Shown one piece after another: positions 16,452-24,141 of a stretch of 64,000 nt of DNA; the first letter of the stretch is position 1, and each line of letters opens with the position of its first letter. A program made the position numbers and the translations under genes. Origin of the DNA: a virus; the IMG/VR virus record IMGVR_UViG_3300044691_000338, positions 7,853 to 71,852 of that record. One strand, given 5' to 3'. A model generated the notes under the pieces. That model ran no database searches. It saw only the letters and a program-made list of their open reading frames with translations, and was not told where the DNA came from.

Positions 16452-17257
16452 CCCGCGATCACCCCCTCATTGATCGGGATCGCCTGCTCCGCCTGCCTGA
16501 CGCACTTTCCCGCGTGCATGCAGGACGAAAACGACCGGCACGGTTCGCCGAACTGCGTGCATTTGCTCATGATGAGGTACGGCCGCTCAACCGGTTTCGC
16601 GCTATCCCAGAGCCGAGCTTTCCACTGCTTGCGACCCGAGTGCGTAAACTCGATGGTCGGATCGACCCAGATTTCGCCGCCCATCTCGCGCCATTTGTTG
16701 CACCAGTCGAAGTCCTCGCCCCACCAAAGGCCGCCCTTGACGCCCATCTGGAAGATTTCGGCGATCTCCGCCTTGCTGCCGTCGGGCATCTCCTGGGTGT
16801 ACAGAGGCGATGCCGCCGCCATCTTTTCCAGCACATGCCGCCTGATCCGCAGGAAGCCGGTGGGCACCCGCAGCGCCTTGAACAGCCCGCTTTCGGTCTT
16901 GGTCAGGTGTCCGGCGCTTTCGTCCATGACAACAGGGAACTCGAGTACCTCTTGCTTCTTGGGATAAACGCCAGCGACCACATCAACGTCATCAACAAGC
17001 AGGCGTATCGGCGCTTCGGGATCAGTCCACCCGATGTCATCGTCGAGGAAGAACAGATCGGTCCCGTCGGGGAACTCGGTGAAGAACTTGTGCACCAGAC
17101 GGTTTCGCGCGCTGGCGAGGTAACAATCACCGTTGACGTTGATGCACCCGTGCATGATCCCGGCCTTGGTCAGGATCTGGCTGGACGCCAAGTAGCTGTG
17201 GAAGAACTCCACCGTGACGGTATGGGAAACAGACGGAATCGCGAACACGGGCTGCAT
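16448..17257 (-). CDS. GT-A fold glycosyltransferase-like protein
   Basis: ARNRLV...LFFLDDDIGW (DxD), DVVAGVYPKK, PTGFLRIRR, GEDFDWC..WR..GGEIWVDP. Confidence 0.85.
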   Translation of the reverse strand: MQPVFAIPSVSHTVTVEFFHSYLASSQILTKAGIMHGCINVNGDCYLASARNRLVHKFFTEFPDGTDLFFLDDDIGWTDPEAPIRLLVDDVDVVAGVYPKKQEVLEFPVVMDESAGHLTKTESGLFKALRVPTGFLRIRRHVLEKMAAASPLYTQEMPDGSKAEIAEIFQMGVKGGLWWGEDFDWCNKWREMGGEIWVDPTIEFTHSGRKQWKARLWDSAKPVERPYLIMSKCTQFGEPCRSFSSCMHAGKCVRQAEQAIPINEGVIAG

Positions 17258-17517
17258 CAGGATGTCCCCATTGCAGGGTGATTTTCAACTTCGGCGATGC
17301 CCTCCCGGACACAATCCACGAGTTGATCCAATGTCTCCGTCGGATAATCCTGGGACACACAAGCTGTCACAATGAAACTGACCAGGACCGAAAACGCACA
17401 CTCAGGCGAAACTTGGCGAAATCGAGCACTCAGATCACGGATCGCATCAGCGATCACCATCATCTGTGCGGGGGTGCCTTGATCTCCGATGGGAATGACC
17501 GGTTCAACGTCAGGCAT
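17257..17517 (-). CDS. Small helical protein, paralogue of 16197..16451
   Basis: See paralogue alignment; GAGAGGG RBS. Confidence 0.7.
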   Translation of the reverse strand: MPDVEPVIPIGDQGTPAQMMVIADAIRDLSARFRQVSPECAFSVLVSFIVTACVSQDYPTETLDQLVDCVREGIAEVENHPAMGTS

Positions 17518-17541
17518 GGGCGATTCCCTCTCTCAACATTC

Positions 17542-17576
17542 AGCCGATGAAGGACCGTTACAGCCCTTCATCGGCC
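17542..17576 (-). terminator. Stem-loop downstream of the decoration gene (terminator or mRNA-stabilising hairpin)
   Basis: GCCGATGAAGG...CCTTCATCGGC 11-bp perfect stem; weak U tract. Confidence 0.5.
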
Positions 17577-17587
17577 GATGTCAAAGA

Positions 17588-18664
17588 TCAGGTGCCGGAT
17601 GTCAGGCCCAGAGTGGACATCGCGGCGACATCATTGCCCTTGGCGGCCGGCAGGACCGTGGTGGTCCCGGTGGTGTTGCCCGCCTGGGTCGTGAAGTAGG
17701 CGATCTGGTAACTCTCCGACGGCGGGGTGATCGCCGCGGCTGTGTTGTTGGCGAAGTTGAGCGCCAGCGTGTTCGCCGCCGAAATACGCGCGCCGGCCAG
17801 CATCAGCCCCGTGGTCACCGATGGTTTGGTGACCAGGACCTGGCTGCCCAGCACAAGCCCGGCCACGGTGAAGGTCTGTTCCGCGCTCGTATTGGCCGCG
17901 ACCGACACAGGAGTCAGCGTGGTGTTGAACACGTCCATGATCGGCGCCGGCTGGAACCCGGACTCAGAGGCGAACAGATAGGTCTCACTCGCGGTTGGAG
18001 TGATCGCGGCACCGGTGAGGTTCGAGAACTGGACCGCCACCTGGTTCGCCGCGGAGGCGCGGGCATTGGTGATGATCAGACCCGCCTGCGCCGTCGGCTT
18101 GTTGACGATGACCGTTTGACCAGGACTGACACCCGCCACGGTGAAGTACTGTTCCGAAACGGTGTTCGAGGCCACGGACGACGGAGACAGCACGGCCGAG
18201 GTCTGCAGCGCGGCGCCGATCGCGATGGTGGCCCATGTCTGTGTCGTGGTCGGGGTGATCGCGGCGGCGGTCACATTGCCCAGCGTGATCTGCACGGTGT
18301 TCGCCGCCGATACGCGCGCCGTGCCGACAATCAAGCCGGCCTGCGTGGTGGGTTTGGTCAGCGTCACCACGTCAGTCGCCAGGACCCCGGTGATGGTGAG
18401 CGATTGCTCGGCCGATGTATTGGCCGCGACGGACGCGGGGGTCACCGCCAGGCCGTAGATGCTCACATTGGCGACGGTCGAGAACATATTGCCCGCGGTG
18501 CCAGGCTGAACGACAGGCGCGGTGCCGAAAAATCCCTGCTTGTCAGCCGGGCTTTGGCCCATCTGCGTGCCAGGTCCACCAGTCAGGCCGTTACCGTCGG
18601 ACAACTGGCGAGGCGCGGTGGTGGTCGTAACAGTGCCGGAAGTAGTGAACGAACTGCCAGACAT
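17588..18664 (-). CDS. Thr/Ala/Ser-rich capsid decoration or virion protein with three tandem ~85-aa repeats
   Basis: 3x (TP.SVA.NT..EQ..T..G......V.KP....GL....AR.SAAN......N.T.AAITP); just downstream of coat; N-terminal GQSPADKQGFFGTAPVVQP. Confidence 0.7.
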   Translation of the reverse strand: MSGSSFTTSGTVTTTTAPRQLSDGNGLTGGPGTQMGQSPADKQGFFGTAPVVQPGTAGNMFSTVANVSIYGLAVTPASVAANTSAEQSLTITGVLATDVVTLTKPTTQAGLIVGTARVSAANTVQITLGNVTAAAITPTTTQTWATIAIGAALQTSAVLSPSSVASNTVSEQYFTVAGVSPGQTVIVNKPTAQAGLIITNARASAANQVAVQFSNLTGAAITPTASETYLFASESGFQPAPIMDVFNTTLTPVSVAANTSAEQTFTVAGLVLGSQVLVTKPSVTTGLMLAGARISAANTLALNFANNTAAAITPPSESYQIAYFTTQAGNTTGTTTVLPAAKGNDVAAMSTLGLTSGT

Positions 18665-18665
18665 A

Positions 18666-19049
18666 TCAGTGAACTCCTGTTGAGATCGGCGTCATCGGGT
18701 AGGCTTCGGCCTTCGTCCAATCGCGCCGCTGGCCTGTCGTGATTTGCTTGTTGATGTCCGCCACAACCTGGCGGATGGCGCCCTCGCCCATCATTGGACC
18801 AAGCGGGACCAGCACATTCGCGTCCCTGTCATGGACCATGACCTGCCAGAGTTGGTCCTCTTCCTTCGCGGGAGTCATCCGCTCCAGGATCGCCCCTGGG
18901 ATCGGTGCGCCGTTCGATTCCTGCTGCATCTGAGAGCGGAGGACTTCCGAGTAGGCAGCTTGGTCCGCCCGACGTCCAAGTTCGCCGACAAATTGGCTCT
19001 TCGGTCGATGGAGGGCCTGCTCAAACCGGCGCTGTGCTCGGTTGCTCAT
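18666..19049 (-). CDS. Hypothetical protein
   Basis: ATGA-coupled 127-aa ORF. Confidence 0.65.
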   Translation of the reverse strand: MSNRAQRRFEQALHRPKSQFVGELGRRADQAAYSEVLRSQMQQESNGAPIPGAILERMTPAKEEDQLWQVMVHDRDANVLVPLGPMMGEGAIRQVVADINKQITTGQRRDWTKAEAYPMTPISTGVH

Positions 19050-19909
19050 GTGACGTGTTTCCAGGTTCGGCAAGTCAGGATTTGACTGATGCAAGCCCGC
19101 GACACGTCGTACTCGAGGGCGAGATCGACGCCTTTCTTGCCACTCGCGCGGATGGTCCGAACATCGTCATCGGTCAAAGAGGTCTTCCACTGAGTGGCCC
19201 CCCGCTGATGCAGCACGACGGCCTCACCGTTCTGCTCCAGCACACGAGCGCGGAACCGATTCATGTGGCAAGTGTGGCACAGGCCGTTCCACTTCCCGTC
19301 ACGGTCGCATCCGTCGACCGAACAAGGAGGCAGAACTTCCCCAGGGATGTCCGCGACATAGCGTGGCACAAATGCTTCGACCACAGGCATGGCTGGTAGC
19401 GGAGGCACGGGGCACGGCCGGGTTAGGTAATCAAGCAATGCATCCTCCCCTACTTCCCGTAGAAGCTTCTCGTGGTGCCCAAGAGCCGTATTGCATGAGG
19501 TACACAAAAGACCACGCACGGCGCCCGTTTGGTGGTTGTGATCGATGTTCCAACTGCTGGCTTTCACCGTACTGCGTCCGTGATCCTCCGCGTGACACAG
19601 TGCGCACTTGCCATCCTGCGCCTCCAACAGAGCGTCGAACTGATCTGGGGTTAACCCATACTGACTCTTGATGATCGAATTGCGCCGAGCAACAGCGGTC
19701 TTCGCCATATTGGCAACCCGCCATTTCGCGGTGCGCTGGCGCGCCTCCAACCTCATCTTCGGGTCTGAATTGTAGCGTTTCTTGATCCGCGCCGCCTCGC
19801 ACGCGCGACACGGCACCTTCCGGCGCCCAGTGCGCTTGTCGATGATCGTAAACTCGGAGATCGGCTTCTCGAAGTGACACTTGCGGCAAACCCTCAACTC
19901 TTCTGACAT
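19046..19909 (-). CDS. Endonuclease VII-family homing endonuclease with C-terminal HTH
   Basis: YGLTPDQFDALLEAQDGKCALC...IDHNHQTGAVRGLLCTSCNTALG; C-terminal LTDDDVRTIR...LALEYDVSRACISQI. Confidence 0.9.
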   Translation of the reverse strand: MSEELRVCRKCHFEKPISEFTIIDKRTGRRKVPCRACEAARIKKRYNSDPKMRLEARQRTAKWRVANMAKTAVARRNSIIKSQYGLTPDQFDALLEAQDGKCALCHAEDHGRSTVKASSWNIDHNHQTGAVRGLLCTSCNTALGHHEKLLREVGEDALLDYLTRPCPVPPLPAMPVVEAFVPRYVADIPGEVLPPCSVDGCDRDGKWNGLCHTCHMNRFRARVLEQNGEAVVLHQRGATQWKTSLTDDDVRTIRASGKKGVDLALEYDVSRACISQILTCRTWKHVT

Positions 19910-20050
19910 TCTCGTCTCCGGTATAGATTTGCAATAGTTCTACACCGGAGTCGTTAGGCTTTCAAGACGGCATTATTACGGCGACAACAACAACCGGAAA
20001 CATTTTATCATCACGCCGTTACCGGAACGAATAACCAAAAAACTCCTGAT

Positions 20051-21235
20051 TTAGTTGGTCAATCTCACGAGCAAGGCATTGTAAAATGCCGCAGACCCGA
20101 AAAGCAAATCCAAACGGCACGGTGTAACGTCGTTCCATACGTCATACGCGCGGATTATTCGGATTGACAGATTTCTGAACATCTGCCGAGCCGCGAAGTC
20201 CACTCCGCCTGGGAGTTCCATGGGGACGCAGACCAATCCCATGGCATCGCGGCAGAAGCCGATGTTCTGGAAGTAGGACGTGGCCGCGGTGCCGGTCACA
20301 GTGATGGTCGCGCCGTTGGCGGGTGCCGCTGAGACGTTCTGGTAAGCGCCGGTGGTCGTGATCGCCGGGAAGATGCCGAGCGTCGCGTTGCCGCCGCTGT
20401 CGGATGCCGCCACGCTCGTAATGGTGAAGTTGTGCAGCGAACCGGTGGAGAGATAGTTCTGCGGGTTGACCGCGAACACGTTGGCGAAGGTGATCACATC
20501 GCCGACATTGAGCAGCCCGGCGCGGGAGGCGGTCCACCCATTGGTGATGATGCTCGAACCGGTCTGGTTCGCGCCGTTAACGATCGGGGTTCCGCCGTAG
20601 TTGCCGACGGTCTGCGCCTGGATGTTCTGGTCCAGGTAAATCTCAAAGTTGGCGATTGCGGCGAGGAAGCCCTTCAACGCGGGTTCCGCGACGGAGCGGG
20701 TGAACAGGTTCGAGACACCGTTCGCCATGGCCCAGTATGCCTGTGGATTGAGGATCAGCACGCGGCCATCCTGAGGTGCGGCGTTCTCATCGAGGCGCTG
20801 CCCGACGGCGGCCAGTGAGGCAAAGCTGTTCGGCGGAGTGCCCGGCGTGCCGACCTCGTTGCTGAACTGATTGAACAGCGCCAGCACCGACGTATCGATG
20901 GTGTTCGCCAACGTTTCGGCGGCGGGTTTGCAGTAACGCTCGCTGTATTCCTCAATCGTGAGGGTGAGTTCCTGCGAAGAGAACTGGAAATCGACGTGCG
21001 CCTGGGTCGAAATGGTGATCGACGTCGAGGGCTCGGTGATGTCCTGGATCTTCAGCGCCGGACCCAACGTGACCGTGAACCGGTTCGGCTTGCGAACGGT
21101 CAGCGTGGTGCCAATCTTTACGAAAGCGTTCTCAAACTGCCTGTTAACCTTGCCGGCTGCAACAAGGTTATTTGTAAGGATAGTCAAAGTTTCTTTCGTG
21201 ATCAAGCTCGGAGTGAGCAACGCATTTGTTGCCAT
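20051..21235 (-). CDS. Major capsid protein, P22 gp5 (coat) family
   Basis: MATNALLTPSLITKE.L..L.NNLV...VNRQF...KIGTTLTVRKP; C-terminal IRIIRAYD......CRLDLLFG. Confidence 0.95.
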   Translation of the reverse strand: MATNALLTPSLITKETLTILTNNLVAAGKVNRQFENAFVKIGTTLTVRKPNRFTVTLGPALKIQDITEPSTSITISTQAHVDFQFSSQELTLTIEEYSERYCKPAAETLANTIDTSVLALFNQFSNEVGTPGTPPNSFASLAAVGQRLDENAAPQDGRVLILNPQAYWAMANGVSNLFTRSVAEPALKGFLAAIANFEIYLDQNIQAQTVGNYGGTPIVNGANQTGSSIITNGWTASRAGLLNVGDVITFANVFAVNPQNYLSTGSLHNFTITSVAASDSGGNATLGIFPAITTTGAYQNVSAAPANGATITVTGTAATSYFQNIGFCRDAMGLVCVPMELPGGVDFAARQMFRNLSIRIIRAYDVWNDVTPCRLDLLFGSAAFYNALLVRLTN

Positions 21236-21387
21236 GGTATTTAAGCTCCCATCATAGGAGTGTTGCCGCACGACCTGCGACGGGTGTAGATTTCTGGGTG
21301 ACGGGCTAGATCGACGGATCGAAGACCCTGAGCTCCCGCAGTGGGCCGCCCGTCACTTCTCTTGCGGGAAAGAAACGGGAGCATTCC

Positions 21388-21903
21388 ATGACGGCACAGA
21401 GAAGACGCGGGCACTTGAGTGCGCCGCCGATGCCGGTTGAAGAACTGCGCGCGCTTCTGCGCTACGAGCCTGAGACCGGTCATCTCTATTGGTTGGTCAG
21501 CACTCACGGGCGAAAGATGAATCTGCCGGCCGGAAGCGTCCAACACAAAGCTGGATATTTGAGCCTCATGATCGACGGTGAGCGTTGGCAGGTTCACGGT
21601 CTGATCTGGTTCATCGTCACAGGCGACTGGCTGAAGGTTGACCACAAAGACCTGAACGGCTCGAACAACGTCTGGATGAACCTTCGTGAAGCGACCAACA
21701 GCCAAAATGGCCGGAACCGGCGACCGTGGGCCAAGAGCGGCTTCAAAGGCGTGTACCCGACCCCAAACGGCAAATTCACCGCGCGCATCAAGGTCGATGG
21801 GAAGATCATCAACTATCCGAGCCGCGTCACAGCCGAAGAGGCGTGGCATGACTACTGTGCCGCGGCACGCCAATACTTTGGCGAGTTCGCGCGTCTCGAT
21901 TGA
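21388..21903 (+). CDS. HNH-AP2 homing endonuclease, antisense to the late operon
   Basis: LRYEPETGHLYW...VDHKDLNGSNNVWMNLREAT.SQN.RN; SGFKGV...ARI....A...FGEFA. Confidence 0.9.
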   Translation: MTAQRRRGHLSAPPMPVEELRALLRYEPETGHLYWLVSTHGRKMNLPAGSVQHKAGYLSLMIDGERWQVHGLIWFIVTGDWLKVDHKDLNGSNNVWMNLREATNSQNGRNRRPWAKSGFKGVYPTPNGKFTARIKVDGKIINYPSRVTAEEAWHDYCAAARQYFGEFARLD

Positions 21904-22096
21904 TCCGGGGCGGACTGTGCCCAACGCCGTGCTCCTTGAGCCACGGCGGATGCCGCAGCTACGTGTGCTGTTTCATGGGAATTTGCCTCTGTCCGAGATT
22001 AGCCTCGGTGCTGCGCCCGGTTTCGCGGGGAGTAGGCGTTAGTCACCCGACCGAAGTCGGTGGCAGTCAGATCCGAGCGGACTCGGTGGGTAGGCT

Positions 22097-22423
22097 TTAG
22101 ATGGCGTTTTTGATGCTCTGGATCAGATCCAGGGCGTTCGACTGCTGATTGCTCAACATCTGTTGGTGTTCGCGTAACTCACCCAAAATGCCCGCTGGCA
22201 CAGCGGCCAAGCCGACAGTCTTCGTTGCTGGTTCGGACGGCAGGTTGCCGCGCAACTTGATGACGACCGCCGCGAGCATCGCGTTCATTTCCTGTGCGAA
22301 ACTGGCGGAACCCGCGAGATTGTCGCGTACGCTTTCCAGGTCCGTGGACGGACGCACCTCTGGGTTGTCAGTCGCATTCCCGCCGGCCAAACCCGTTGCG
22401 TAGCTCATGAGACGACTTTCCAT
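22097..22423 (-). CDS. Hypothetical protein
   Basis: TGATG-coupled to scaffold. Confidence 0.6.
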   Translation of the reverse strand: MESRLMSYATGLAGGNATDNPEVRPSTDLESVRDNLAGSASFAQEMNAMLAAVVIKLRGNLPSEPATKTVGLAAVPAGILGELREHQQMLSNQQSNALDLIQSIKNAI

Positions 22424-23646
22424 CAGTGCAGGTTGCTCGACGGGTAGAACGGCTTGCGCGCCGCGTTCAGTTGCGGAGTGCGCTTCGCCGCGTAGGCTTC
22501 CATGTCCAGTTCCTCGTCGGACCGGTCGGCCGCGTTGTTGCGGGTAGTGTCGATCGGCTCGATCGGAGGGGCCGGCCGCGCGCGACGTGGCGGGTTGGCC
22601 AGCCGTTCGGCCAAAGCACCAATGGCGATCAACTGACGGGCCGGGTTGGGCAGTTCGGCGATGCGCTTCGCCTCGTCCACGTTCATGCCGAGGTGATAGG
22701 CGACGTCGGGTCCATTATCGACCTGCATCATGCCGGCGATCATCGCGTCGGTGACCAGCGGGCCACCTTCCTCGGCTGGCTTCGTGGTGACCTCAATGAA
22801 GTCGTCGTACTTGGTCTTGGCCTCTTCGACCCGGCCATCCCATGTGGTTTTGATCTGGGTGATCTCGGCCTGTTGCGCGTCCAGGGCTTCCTGGTCGGCT
22901 GTCTCCTTGGCGACACGCGCTTCTTCAACTTTCGCCGCTGCGACCTGTGTCTCTGTCTCGCGGACGCCTTCGCGCTTGCCCCATGCGGTCAGGGCTTCAT
23001 CATAGGCATCCGGATCGTCGAACGCATCGCGGGTCGGGCGGGGGTCCTCGGCCGGCTTGGGATCGACAACGCCACCCTTGGCCTTGATGTCGTCCAGTTC
23101 CTTATGGGCCGCCGCGAGGGCTTCCTTGGCTTCGCGGGCTTCTTTGCCGGCCGTCTTGACCGCATCCCGCTCCTTGGCGATGACCTGGTCACGCGCGGCA
23201 TTGACGGCGGCTTCCCATTCGGCGCTGCCCATCTTTGTCTTGGCGGCGGCATCGACCAGGGCGCGATACTCGCGTGCCCTCTTCTTCTCGGCCAGGATCG
23301 CCCGTTGCGCGAAACCGGGCAACTTGTCGTCGACCACATCGTCGGGGTCGGCAGCATCAACCTTCAGCGGTGTGTCATCGACGGGATCGGCTGCGGCGTC
23401 TGGTTTCGCCTTCGGGTCGGGTTTCGCCGGATCATCGACCAGATCAGCGGTCGCGAGATCACCCTTCCTCGCGGCGGCGGCTATAGCCTGCTCTGCGGGG
23501 GTGATCTCTTTCTTGATGCCCGCCTGCTGGTCAACAGGATCGTTCGAGGCGGAGATTGGGGGTGCTGGAACATCAAGAACCGGCGCGTCCGATGTGGCGG
23601 CCAGGGGGATCGATTGGTTCTGAATGATGTCTGGTGCACGTGCCAT
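22423..23646 (-). CDS. Capsid scaffolding protein
   Basis: Acidic coiled coil, PTRDAFDDPDAYDEAL, GPDVAYHLG.N.DEAKRIA..P...Q...IG, PPIEPI; between portal and coat. Confidence 0.85.
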   Translation of the reverse strand: MARAPDIIQNQSIPLAATSDAPVLDVPAPPISASNDPVDQQAGIKKEITPAEQAIAAAARKGDLATADLVDDPAKPDPKAKPDAAADPVDDTPLKVDAADPDDVVDDKLPGFAQRAILAEKKRAREYRALVDAAAKTKMGSAEWEAAVNAARDQVIAKERDAVKTAGKEAREAKEALAAAHKELDDIKAKGGVVDPKPAEDPRPTRDAFDDPDAYDEALTAWGKREGVRETETQVAAAKVEEARVAKETADQEALDAQQAEITQIKTTWDGRVEEAKTKYDDFIEVTTKPAEEGGPLVTDAMIAGMMQVDNGPDVAYHLGMNVDEAKRIAELPNPARQLIAIGALAERLANPPRRARPAPPIEPIDTTRNNAADRSDEELDMEAYAAKRTPQLNAARKPFYPSSNLH

Positions 23647-23901
23647 GGGGCGGCAGATATCCTATGATCGTCCGGATTCCGTCACCCGTGAAAGTCAAGC
23701 CACGGTGCATTGCCCAATGTCTAGGCCGATGGATTCGGTTGCGTCAAGTCTCAGGTTGTGGAACACAGGCGGGGTGCTGCGGTGCGCCAACTGTTTCGCC
23801 CAAATGTCGGCCAGGGAACAGCCAATGAGCCGATTGCGTTGATGCGGGGATATTGCCCGCCCGCAGCACTTGACGCCCTCGCCGAGAACGAGGGCGTCAA
23901 C

Positions 23902-24141
23902 CTACTCCCCGCGCGCCGCTTTCATCTCTTTGGTGTGCTCTTTGAGCGCCTCGGTGTTCTCCTTCAGCGCCTCCGACAGGCTCCATATCCCGGCGATCAT
24001 GTGCGGCGGGAACGTCATGATGATGGCCGGCTCGCTATGCGCGGCATCTTTCGGCGTGGCCTTTGGTTTGGCGGCCGGCTTCGTCTCGGGCTCGGGATCG
24101 GCGTCCTCGTGGTGGACCGGTTGCCACTCCGCCCCGCTCAT
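23902..24141 (-). CDS. Hypothetical protein
   Basis: ATGA-coupled to portal. Confidence 0.55.
   Translation of the reverse strand: MSGAEWQPVHHEDADPEPETKPAAKPKATPKDAAHSEPAIIMTFPPHMIAGIWSLSEALKENTEALKEHTKEMKAARGE

Noticed and set aside
21236-22096. Possible group I intron carrying the HNH (GCACAGUCC resembles the S element)
   Set aside because: Region is intergenic, the HNH is antisense, and no matching P7/R element or splice junctions could be identified
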